A DNA stretch of 30,059 bases. It comes from Candidatus Thorarchaeota archaeon (GTDB lineage: Archaea > Asgardarchaeota > Thorarchaeia > Thorarchaeales > Thorarchaeaceae). Positions 9,560 through 17,596 of the stretch are shown piece after piece. Below the pieces are notes generated by a model. That model saw nothing but the letters and a program-made list of their open reading frames with translations. It had not been told where the DNA came from and searched no databases. Made by a program: the position numbers and the translations under genes. Location of the stretch: contig JBHLRZ010000034.1 in NCBI GenBank assembly GCA_048882045.1, positions 1-30,059 on the forward strand, read 5' to 3'. The first letter of the stretch is position 1, and every line of letters begins with the position of its first letter.

Positions 9560-10753
9560 CTAGATTAGGTCATCCAATCCAAATGTTGGAAATATGAGTT
9601 CCTTCACCTTTGTAATGGTATCGTCCACAGCGCGGCGAATCTTTGGATATTGATCACTTGGCATCCGGAAAGGTCTGCTTGTCCACCCTCCCCGTTTGAC
9701 TTGAAAACCATGCTTCTGACACAGTTCTATCCATCTAGCTGGTATGGTTGGGGGCAAAGCTATGTCTGCAATATCAGCCAGAAGTATAGTCCAAATCTTT
9801 GCAGCAGCAACTGGATTATAACCACCGCCCCCCACTACAACAAGCTTTCTTGTTCCCAAGTGAACAAGCTGGCGTACTGTCTTTGACATTCTCTGGTAGG
9901 TATCATAGGTCAGCATCAAATCTGTGAGAGGATCATTCATGTATCCATCTGCACCGACTTCCCAGAACACAAAGTCCGGTTTGTAAGCTAGCCAAATGGG
10001 TACAACCACATCTTCGAAAGCTCGCCACCACTCAACATCATCAGTCAGTGGCGGCAGAGGAATATTGACAGAGTATCCCTTTCCCTCTCCAATCCCGACC
10101 TCTTCTGGCCTTCCTGATCCCGGATAGAATCCCATGCTAAGTTCATGCAATGAGATGGTCAGGACATTGGGGTCATGATAGAATGCACTCTGTGTACCGT
10201 CACCATGGTGCGCATCAGTGTCAAGATAGAGCACCCTTTTTCCTGGGTAGGCCTGTTGGTACTTCTTTATTGCTACAACACAGTCGTTATAGTAACAGAA
10301 CCCAGATGCTTGGCTCTCTGTTGCATGGTGAAGACCACCAAAGAAGGAAACAGCATCCTCATACTTCCCATCTGCAACACCAATCATTGCATCTATGGTT
10401 GCTCCTACAATGTGACTAGCATATTGGTCTACACCCGGAAAGATTGGACATTCATCTGTATCCAGACCGAATCTGGATGAAAATGCAGTACCCATGTTTC
10501 CAAAGAGTTCCAGAGTTTCAATGTAAGCTGGGTCATGGTACAGGAGTAGTTCCTCACGAGTTGCTTTTCTCATTGGTTGAACTGATATCCGAGGACTCTC
10601 CAGAATTCCTGACATCACAGGAAGACCCCAAGCAATCTCCAGACGTGCCCTATTCCAAAAGGGATTCGGCTCTGCTCTCATGGCATCCAATTCATCAATC
10701 CCACTAAGACTAAGAATGGCCTCGGGATCGAATAGAGCAGTCAACTCGGACAA
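9560..10753 (-). CDS. Zn-dependent histone deacetylase family protein (class I / AcuC-like)
   Basis: GGLHHA, SGFCYYND, DTDAHHGDG, TISLHE, YPGSG, VNIPL, GADG...DPL, GGGGY all intact. TTG start with GGAGG upstream. Confidence 0.92.
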   Translation of the reverse strand: MSELTALFDPEAILSLSGIDELDAMRAEPNPFWNRARLEIAWGLPVMSGILESPRISVQPMRKATREELLLYHDPAYIETLELFGNMGTAFSSRFGLDTDECPIFPGVDQYASHIVGATIDAMIGVADGKYEDAVSFFGGLHHATESQASGFCYYNDCVVAIKKYQQAYPGKRVLYLDTDAHHGDGTQSAFYHDPNVLTISLHELSMGFYPGSGRPEEVGIGEGKGYSVNIPLPPLTDDVEWWRAFEDVVVPIWLAYKPDFVFWEVGADGYMNDPLTDLMLTYDTYQRMSKTVRQLVHLGTRKLVVVGGGGYNPVAAAKIWTILLADIADIALPPTIPARWIELCQKHGFQVKRGGWTSRPFRMPSDQYPKIRRAVDDTITKVKELIFPTFGLDDLI

Positions 10754-10880
10754 GTGGTATCCTCCATCTTTGGAAGCGGACTTGGAAGTTTGAAGTTATT
10801 CCACTCTTATGTTTGCTGATGACATACCTTTCTTGGTTTCTTCGAAAGGCTCATTATTCCATTCAAGCTACCAAGATATC

Positions 10881-11894
10881 ATGTCAAAGTTTGATCTACT
10901 CAAAGAAACTTTCCTTGGCAATTTAGGAGAGAGATTGCCATTCTCTCTGTGGAAACATCATCCTGAGGTTGATAGGACCCCAGAGGGACTTGCACAAGCA
11001 GAGATTGCCTTCCATAAGCTCGTTGACCACGATCTTCTCAAGATCTCCTTCTTTGGACATTTTCCCTGTATCGATTTTGGTTGTACAGCTGAATATGATG
11101 GGGCTCTGACCGGATCAACAACTTTGACCAGTGCAGCCATCAATGAAGTAGGTGATTGGGAAACACTGGAACCATTGGATGTCAACACAGGCGAGCTTGG
11201 AAACCAGATTCGTGCAGTTGAACTCATTCACAAGTACGCACAAGACAAAGTACCGACGATGGCGACTGTTTTTGATCCGTCAATGGTCGCGGACAAAATC
11301 TCCGACAAACAACTTACGAGATATGCTGAAGAGCATCCAGAAGTTCTGAAGGGTGCACTTGATCTTATCACCGAGGTCATGATTGATTTTGCCAGAGCCA
11401 CCATCGATGCAGGAGCTGATGGGATATTTCTTGCCTCTCAACACTCAACACACTCTTCAGTTACAGATGAGCAATACAAAGAATTCGTCTATCCTTACGA
11501 TCTCAAATTCATCAATCGCCTTCGAGGGAAAGCCAAGTTCATCATCGTGCATCTTCATGCAAGAGAAGACAATGAAGAAATTCGTTTTTCAAAAATAGCT
11601 AAGACGCTGGGAGTTAATGGAGTCAACTGGGAGGACCAGAGCTCCGCGCTCTCACTTCTTGAGGGAAAGAAGAAGTTCAGAGGTGGAGTTCTTGGAGGGA
11701 TAGATCATAATGGCATCTTCAGAACAGGATCAGTCGATGAAGCTACAGAACAGGTCCTGACAGCTGTAAAAGACGCTGGACCTGAACGCCTAATCATAGC
11801 ACCTGGTTGCGTCGTCACTGTGGACACACCTAAGGAGAACATGCTGGCTGTGAGAGACGCAATCAGATCGTATGACCTGTTCAAAAACGAATAG
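10881..11894 (+). CDS. Uroporphyrinogen decarboxylase-like (URO-D/CIMS) TIM-barrel protein
   Basis: P.SLWKH, AGADGIF, GGID, IIAPGCVV. It lacks the HemE RQAGR motif, so it is not called hemE. Start moved from 10809 to ATG 10881 (MSKFDLL). Confidence 0.8.
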   Translation: MSKFDLLKETFLGNLGERLPFSLWKHHPEVDRTPEGLAQAEIAFHKLVDHDLLKISFFGHFPCIDFGCTAEYDGALTGSTTLTSAAINEVGDWETLEPLDVNTGELGNQIRAVELIHKYAQDKVPTMATVFDPSMVADKISDKQLTRYAEEHPEVLKGALDLITEVMIDFARATIDAGADGIFLASQHSTHSSVTDEQYKEFVYPYDLKFINRLRGKAKFIIVHLHAREDNEEIRFSKIAKTLGVNGVNWEDQSSALSLLEGKKKFRGGVLGGIDHNGIFRTGSVDEATEQVLTAVKDAGPERLIIAPGCVVTVDTPKENMLAVRDAIRSYDLFKNE

Positions 11895-11906
11895 GAGGAG
11901 TCTACA

Positions 11907-13622
11907 TTGACAAAGAATGCCAAAGTAGCACAGATTCTCAAAGAGATGGGCTTACTTTTGGAGATTGAAGGTGCCAACTCTTTCAGAGTATCTGCATATT
12001 CTCGAGCAGTACGAGCAATAAACTCACTGGGAGAAGACATTGAAGTTGTAGCCAATAGAGGTGAACTCACTGATATCAAGGGAATTGGCAAGGGACTCTC
12101 AGCTCTCATTACAGAATATCTTGCTACTGGAGAAGTTGTAGACTTACAGGAGCTTAGAACACGTGTTCCAATAAGGGTGCTCGATCTCGACTCAGTCCCT
12201 GGACTAGGTCCAAAGAAAATCAAGGTGCTTTACGATGAATTGGGAGTGACAGACCTGGAGTCACTTGAGAAAGCAGCGGAGAGTGGAAGGATTGCAGAAC
12301 TGCCTGGTTTCAGTGACAAATCACAGACTCAGATCCTAGATGGAATTCAGGTCGTCAAGGCTGGAATGGAGCGAACGCTACTAGCAGAGGCAATCATCGT
12401 ATTCGAGAAAATCGAAGAGAAACTTAGGAAGATACCTGGAGTGAAAAAGATTGAACTTGCAGGATCCTCTCGTCGTAGAAGAGAAACCATTGGTGACCTC
12501 GATATTCTAGTTGATGCTTCAGACTCGGAAATCATCATGGACACCTTCGTAAATATTGATGGTGTGTCTACGATAACCGCCCAGGGAGACACGAAGTCGT
12601 CAATTCGGTTGGACACGGGACTACAGGTTGACCTCCGAGTCATTCTTGGAGAGAGCTTTGGAGCCGGTCTACAGTACTTCACAGGAAGTGTAGATCATAA
12701 TGTCCGACTCCGAGCGATAGCACAGAAGAAGGACATGCGACTCAATGAATATGGCCTCTTCAAGAACAAGAAGATGGTAGCTGGAGAAGATGAACAGGGA
12801 ATCTATGAGAAACTGGGACTGAAGTGGGTTCCTCCAGAACTTAGAGAAGACCAAGGTGAGGTCGAAGCTTCTCAGAATGACACCCTTCCTGACCTCATAG
12901 AGCTCAAACACATTCAAGGTGATTTACATAGTCATACTGACCAGTCTGACGGAAAGAACACTATTGAGGAGATGCTTGATGCCGCCCAATCCAAGCGATA
13001 CAAGTACTACTGTGTGTCAGACCACACCCAGAGTCTTACTATTGCAAATGGAATGGATGAAGCTCGACTTCTAAAGCGAATTGACGAGATTGAAGATCTG
13101 AATGCATCTGGAAAGTGGAAGATGAAGATTCTGAAGGGTGCTGAAGTAGACATTCTAGCTAACGGAGATTTAGACATTGAGGACGATGTCCTTTCTCAAC
13201 TCGATGTTGTCACTGTGTCCATTCACAGTAGAATGAAAGACAGCAAGGATGTGATGACTGAACGTGTCTGTCATGCTCTCGAAAACAAGTTTGTACATAT
13301 ACTCGGTCATCCGTCTGGTCGTTTGATTGGTAAACGGGCTGAGTTTGAGATTGGCCTCAAGCGAATCTTTGATGTGGCCAAAGAAAACAAAGTAATCATG
13401 GAACTGAATGCACACCCTGAGAGACTGGACCTCAATGCCGGAAATCTCCGTGTCGCTGTCAAAGAAGGGTTGAAGATTGCCATCAATACAGATGCACACA
13501 AGATTGCAGAACTTGACAACATGAGATTCGGTATCTATCAAGCACGACGTGGATGGCTCACACCAAAGGATGTAGTGAATACATACCCGTTGAAGAAACT
13601 GATGAGCGTGCTAAGCAAGTAG
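11907..13622 (+). CDS. polX: DNA polymerase X / PHP 3'-5' exonuclease fusion
   Basis: HhH motifs (GIGKG, GLGPK), GSSRR, GDLD, VDLR, YFTGS; PHP motifs HSH, SDH, E, HP, NTDAH. TTG start with GGAGGAG SD. Confidence 0.95.
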   Translation: MTKNAKVAQILKEMGLLLEIEGANSFRVSAYSRAVRAINSLGEDIEVVANRGELTDIKGIGKGLSALITEYLATGEVVDLQELRTRVPIRVLDLDSVPGLGPKKIKVLYDELGVTDLESLEKAAESGRIAELPGFSDKSQTQILDGIQVVKAGMERTLLAEAIIVFEKIEEKLRKIPGVKKIELAGSSRRRRETIGDLDILVDASDSEIIMDTFVNIDGVSTITAQGDTKSSIRLDTGLQVDLRVILGESFGAGLQYFTGSVDHNVRLRAIAQKKDMRLNEYGLFKNKKMVAGEDEQGIYEKLGLKWVPPELREDQGEVEASQNDTLPDLIELKHIQGDLHSHTDQSDGKNTIEEMLDAAQSKRYKYYCVSDHTQSLTIANGMDEARLLKRIDEIEDLNASGKWKMKILKGAEVDILANGDLDIEDDVLSQLDVVTVSIHSRMKDSKDVMTERVCHALENKFVHILGHPSGRLIGKRAEFEIGLKRIFDVAKENKVIMELNAHPERLDLNAGNLRVAVKEGLKIAINTDAHKIAELDNMRFGIYQARRGWLTPKDVVNTYPLKKLMSVLSK

Positions 13623-13665
13623 AAGACTCCTCAGACCGTGTCCTGTACTATCAATTCCAAGGAAA

Positions 13666-14190
13666 TCAAGATGCAGTTTGTGATATTTGCATACTGACAC
13701 CATATGTGCCTGTGCTCTCAAAGGTGAGACCCACATAGATCATTCCAGATGTTGCCAATCCTCCCCCACCAAAGTCGAAAGTGCCTGTGGAGACTGATTC
13801 ACTGATTATGAATCTATAACCCTCATTAATTGGTTCCGCGCCGCCTAACCAAGATCCGGTCATATCACCACCCGCATCATTCACGACGTGTACGGTTATG
13901 CTGCCTACCTGCGCTAGACTCATGCCAGTTTCAGTAATCTCAATTACTATGTATCCAACTGCCATGACTGGATCATTCAATGTGTAAGTAAAAGTACTGA
14001 CCATTTCCAGATGTACATAGTGGACACTCTCAAATGAACCGCTAATTTCCATTGGTGGGTTGGTGACTAACACGTTGTTTGACACCAGATTGGAAATAAA
14101 GAAAAGTGCACCAGCGGCTGTTCCGATTAGAACTACGAGAAGCATCCATAATGGTACGGTCTTGATTACTTTCTTCTTCAAGAAACTCAT
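13666..14190 (-). CDS. Secreted or surface beta-rich hypothetical protein
   Basis: KKK + hydrophobic stretch + AAGA signal-peptide-like N-terminus; beta-strand-rich mature part; GAGGGAG upstream. Confidence 0.7.
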   Translation of the reverse strand: MSFLKKKVIKTVPLWMLLVVLIGTAAGALFFISNLVSNNVLVTNPPMEISGSFESVHYVHLEMVSTFTYTLNDPVMAVGYIVIEITETGMSLAQVGSITVHVVNDAGGDMTGSWLGGAEPINEGYRFIISESVSTGTFDFGGGGLATSGMIYVGLTFESTGTYGVSMQISQTAS

Positions 14191-14402
14191 TTTTTCTCCC
14201 TCTCTAAGAGAAGTTTAGCTCTTAACTAGGCGATTATAATCATATAAAACTACCAACAAATTCCAAAATGACTATTTACGGATAGGATTTCTTTGCTGGG
14301 CATAGTAGAGTAAGTAGTATGATGTGTGTTTCCTGTACTCTAAGTCGACATAGACTAGTAACATATTGTGACTCCCTTCTGTGACCCTGACAAGTGGCTC
14401 CG

Positions 14403-14414
14403 CTATATATACTA
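14403..14414 (+). promoter_or_regulatory. Putative TATA box of the microprotein operon
   Basis: CTATATATACTA lies about 30-40 nt upstream of ATG 14444. Confidence 0.5.
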
Positions 14415-14443
14415 AATCTGAGCAGTAATTCTTGTGAAACATC

Positions 14444-14545
14444 ATGGCTCTAAGTAAGAACTCACGAAACACAACTGTGCTGAAGAACGAGAAGACCAAG
14501 GTTTCGACCTTTGCCTTGACTCATGCTTACGTCTATCGGAGGTAA
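14444..14545 (+). CDS. Microprotein 1 (33 aa): MALSKNSRNTTVLKNEKTKVSTFALTHAYVYRR
   Basis: ATG...TAA downstream of a TATA box; its last codons form the GGAGGT SD of the next ORF. Confidence 0.55.
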   Translation: MALSKNSRNTTVLKNEKTKVSTFALTHAYVYRR

Positions 14546-14549
14546 TCCA

Positions 14550-14663
14550 ATGGCATTTGCTAAACTTCGGAGAAAACTCAGTGCTGAACCTGACCTTGAG
14601 AAACACCTGTATCTTAAGACCCAAGTACGTACTGACGTCTACAGGACATCTTTCCAGAGGTGA
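14550..14663 (+). CDS. Microprotein 2 (37 aa): MAFAKLRRKLSAEPDLEKHLYLKTQVRTDVYRTSFQR
   Basis: GGAGGT SD (14538-14543) 6 nt upstream of the ATG; ends in GAGGTGA, the SD of the next ORF. Confidence 0.65.
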   Translation: MAFAKLRRKLSAEPDLEKHLYLKTQVRTDVYRTSFQR

Positions 14664-14669
14664 ACTCAG

Positions 14670-14783
14670 ATGAACAAGTCTGACTCCGCCGCAAAGACTA
14701 CCTCCTCTAAGGTACAGAATTTCCAATCCCAGAAGGGTAGCGCCCTTACTCTGGCAGAAGTACTCGCGTTAGAAGCAACGTGA
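14670..14783 (+). CDS. Microprotein 3 (37 aa): MNKSDSAAKTTSSKVQNFQSQKGSALTLAEVLALEAT
   Basis: GAGGTGA SD (14657-14663) 6 nt upstream of the ATG; followed by a hairpin and T-tract. Confidence 0.6.
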   Translation: MNKSDSAAKTTSSKVQNFQSQKGSALTLAEVLALEAT

Positions 14784-14800
14784 GTACTGCTCTCCTTTTT
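14759..14800 (+). terminator. 12-bp hairpin plus T-tract closing the microprotein operon
   Basis: AGTACTCGCGTT-AGAAGC-AACGTGAGTACT (one G.U pair), then CTCCTTTTT. Confidence 0.6.
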
Positions 14801-14809
14801 CACCCACAT

Positions 14810-15640
14810 TCATGATTTAGGAACCAAGTTTCTGAACGCTCGTATGATCGTCTTTCGATGAGAATCGATATCACCAATGATTTCGATTCTGTCAATATTC
14901 GCTTCACCAAGACCACGTTTCTTAGCTTCCTGCAATACAGGCATCTCTGTTGGTTCAAAACCTACAAGATAACCTCCCACAGCTTCAACAGCAAATGCAT
15001 CTGTACCTACTAAGACGATATTTTGATCAACAGTAATCCTCTCTTTGCCCCATCCAAGATAGCAACGAGTTGCATCCAAGACTGCAAGGTCAATTCCTCC
15101 GATTGCTTCATAGATATCTAGGAGGGCAGTTGTAAGATTCTTGTGGAACCTATGCTTCTTTGTGTCTGGTATCATACCAAGGAGGTTCTTGATGACAAAT
15201 CCTAAGTTCATCAAATCCTCCAACCCGGCCTCCTCATATCTTCTCGGCACATGAGTACTGATGAAAGTGTTCGACTCGGAGAAAACCAAAGGAAATGGAA
15301 CATCCTCTCCAGCAATGCTCACATCCCTAGTATCTTTGTCTTCTGATAGGTTGAATGGAGTCACTCGATTAGTGAAGCAGTCCTTCCATATCTGCAAGCG
15401 TTTTAATCCAGATCCTGCACCGCTATCAGATTCTGTAATCCGAATCTCAGGTGCATTATCGAAAGCATCGATGATTGACTGTAGAACCTTCACTGTTGTA
15501 CAAATGCCAGTTTCTGGATTATAGATCCCTACCTTTACAATGACTCTCTTTTCAGGTCTGTTAAGGTTGTCCATTTCTTGAATGTAGTCTATAGCATCTG
15601 AAAAGGAATCTCTATCAACTACAACAACAGTTGGTTTCAT
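14810..15640 (-). CDS. DUF362 family protein
   Basis: ITESD, KNLLG..P..K..FH, DLAVLDA, GTDAFAVEAVG, GLGE..I..IEIIG. Start moved to ATG 15640 (MKPTVVVV). Confidence 0.8.
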   Translation of the reverse strand: MKPTVVVVDRDSFSDAIDYIQEMDNLNRPEKRVIVKVGIYNPETGICTTVKVLQSIIDAFDNAPEIRITESDSGAGSGLKRLQIWKDCFTNRVTPFNLSEDKDTRDVSIAGEDVPFPLVFSESNTFISTHVPRRYEEAGLEDLMNLGFVIKNLLGMIPDTKKHRFHKNLTTALLDIYEAIGGIDLAVLDATRCYLGWGKERITVDQNIVLVGTDAFAVEAVGGYLVGFEPTEMPVLQEAKKRGLGEANIDRIEIIGDIDSHRKTIIRAFRNLVPKS

Positions 15641-15732
15641 AGAAAACCCATCAACTACAAAATAGGGATGAATAATAAGAATCACGTACTACGCATAGTG
15701 CAGCCATTGATTGTTGACGAGAGGGAAGTCTA

Positions 15733-16191
15733 TTGGATAATGTTGATCTGCAGAATTATATTGAAACAAACAAGATAGAAGCTGAAATCCTTACAATGCA
15801 GGGTCGTGTCCATTCAGTCAATGCTGCTTCTAGTGAGCTTGGAGTCCCTCCAGAACGATTCATCAAGTCTGTTGTGTTCATAGCTAATGATAAAGTGATT
15901 CTCGCCATTGTGAATGGTACTGATCGCGCTAGCTCAAAGAGAGTAGGAAAGGTGATGGACCTTCCTCCTCCGAAACTTGCTTCACCTGAAGAAGCATTTG
16001 AGTTGACAGGATTCAAAGTCGGTGGGACACCTCCAATAGCTATCTCGAATGCTCATGTGTTAATTGATACAAGAGTTATGGAAATGCCTGAGGTGATTGG
16101 AGGTGGTGGAACTGACAGGCACCTCCTCAGAATTAAACCTGAAGAAATCGTGAAAGACACTGGTGCAAAAATAGTTCGTATCCGAAAATAG
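15733..16191 (+). CDS. YbaK/prolyl-tRNA editing (aminoacyl-tRNA deacylase) domain protein
   Basis: IKSVVF, LA.PEE...LTGF.VGGTPP, GGG. Confidence 0.9.
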   Translation: MDNVDLQNYIETNKIEAEILTMQGRVHSVNAASSELGVPPERFIKSVVFIANDKVILAIVNGTDRASSKRVGKVMDLPPPKLASPEEAFELTGFKVGGTPPIAISNAHVLIDTRVMEMPEVIGGGGTDRHLLRIKPEEIVKDTGAKIVRIRK

Positions 16192-16224
16192 TGCTCGATT
16201 ACAGAGGATGAAACCCCTCTTCAA

Positions 16225-17160
16225 TCATACTCCCTTAGTTTTTCGCAATATCTTTGATTTGAGAAGAATCAATTCTCCAAGAAGTCTAGTCTTATCCACA
16301 TTGACTCGTGGAGTCTGTTCCTCTGCAATTCTAGCAATCTCCATGTTCATTGAATCAATCTCAGTTTGTCGACCGTTCAGAATGTCCTGTAGGGTTGATA
16401 TATACTGTCCATCTGCCCTCTTACTTATTGTAAGCATTTGCTGTTTCAACTGTTCAATATCCAATTTTATTCCAATTCCAGCTGCTACTTCAATGCACTC
16501 TTCCATTATTTCAAGTGCTATCTGAGTCACCTCATCATTCCGATGGAAAATCCCATTGTCCACTTCTAGTAACGGACAGATGGAATTAAAGACGGAGTTG
16601 AGGATTGCTTTCTGCCAAATCTTCTCCTGTATATTATTCTCAGTTGAGAATGGAAACCCAGGGGTGTTCAACACTTCCACAATCTTCAGTAGACTCTGTT
16701 CACTTCCTTTAATAACTCCAATTAGAGAGGTAGTAATGGGTCTGTATCGAATTTGATACTCTCCATTCATTTGACTCGTGACAAAGAGGATACACCTGTA
16801 TATCTCAGCATAGCCTGCGTCAATGAAGGGCTGTTCCACACCCAACCCATTTTGCATTACAACAATCGGTGATTGTTTCGTCTTCTTCCCAAGTTTCGTC
16901 GCAATCGTTTCATTGGCATACGACTTAGCTGTTATCACTATAATCCCATCTAGATGCTCAAGCCTTTCAAGAGAAACAGTTCTCACATTGACATTGATCA
17001 GTCTGTCCTCTAAAGTTATCAATGATATAGGAATCATCTCTTCTTCAAAATCATCTATGCTGGTTCTTACAAGAACTGTATCTCGGCCATCAAGTTTCAG
17101 ATGAACCGCTAATGCCAATCCTATCGCACCTGCACCAAGAACGAACACTCGGTTCTTCAT
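16225..17160 (-). CDS. panE: 2-dehydropantoate 2-reductase (ketopantoate reductase)
   Basis: GAGAIG, TAKSY, QNGLG, W.K...N...N, ST.QD...GR.TEID..N. Confidence 0.88.
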   Translation of the reverse strand: MKNRVFVLGAGAIGLALAVHLKLDGRDTVLVRTSIDDFEEEMIPISLITLEDRLINVNVRTVSLERLEHLDGIIVITAKSYANETIATKLGKKTKQSPIVVMQNGLGVEQPFIDAGYAEIYRCILFVTSQMNGEYQIRYRPITTSLIGVIKGSEQSLLKIVEVLNTPGFPFSTENNIQEKIWQKAILNSVFNSICPLLEVDNGIFHRNDEVTQIALEIMEECIEVAAGIGIKLDIEQLKQQMLTISKRADGQYISTLQDILNGRQTEIDSMNMEIARIAEEQTPRVNVDKTRLLGELILLKSKILRKTKGV

Positions 17161-17211
17161 ATGAACAGTGTATCATTATTTCGTTATATGTATCTGTCCT
17201 CCAAAAAGAAA

Positions 17212-17333
17212 TGGTGCCGAGGACGAGATTCGAACTCGCGAACTCCTACAAGAGTGGATTTCTCCTTAGAGTTGGCCATTGGCAAACTAATAGATCTTGA
17301 GTCCACCGCCGTTGACCGCTTGGCTACCTCGGC
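17212..17333 (-). tRNA. tRNA-Leu(CAA) with a 36-nt intron at 37/38 (intron 17260-17295); CCA encoded
   Basis: GCCGAGG/CCTCGGC acceptor stem, D-arm, GTGGA-CTCAAG^intron^A-TCCAC anticodon arm, long variable arm, TTCGAAT T-loop, ACCA end. Confidence 0.95.
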
Positions 17334-17358
17334 TGTTGTTGACGTCTTTCCTCATCAC

Positions 17359-17364
17359 TATAAA
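17359..17364 (-). promoter_or_regulatory. TATA box of tRNA-Leu
   Basis: TTTATA on the minus strand about 26 nt upstream of the tRNA 5' end, with a purine-rich BRE. Confidence 0.65.
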
Positions 17365-17596
17365 GCCATTTCCGTTCTCTGCCCAATAATCTCCTTTTCT
17401 CACATGTGCTTTTTTAATCCAAGAAAAGAAACTCGGAAGATTTATGGCCAACCTGATATAGGGATTTTTCTTACTAGCTCATGCATGTAGATTCACTAGA
17501 ATCGACAACAAGCATCCTTGATTAGGAACCAGTACCAAGACTTCTTTATTCTGATGATTCAAGACGAGCTATAAAATTAGGAGGAGAGAGAAGAGA

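Noticed and set aside
14272-14726. Minus-strand ORFs of 75 and 94 aa
   Set aside because: No recognisable motifs or SD. They are antisense to the better-supported microprotein operon.
14550-14790. Selenocysteine readthrough fusing microprotein 2 and 3 (same frame, TGA stop, downstream hairpin with a GAA bulge)
   Set aside because: The TGA is part of a perfect SD for ORF3, there is no redox-motif context, and the hairpin has no clear SECIS core.
14440-14800. RNase P RNA or SRP RNA
   Set aside because: The size fits, but the conserved P4 motifs (GAGGAA.UCC ... ACAGAA...GCU) and the SRP helix-8 GNRA/CAGG-AGCA arrangement are absent on both strands.
17161-17490. 109-aa ORF (and 17112-17300)
   Set aside because: Antisense shadow of tRNA-Leu and its promoter.
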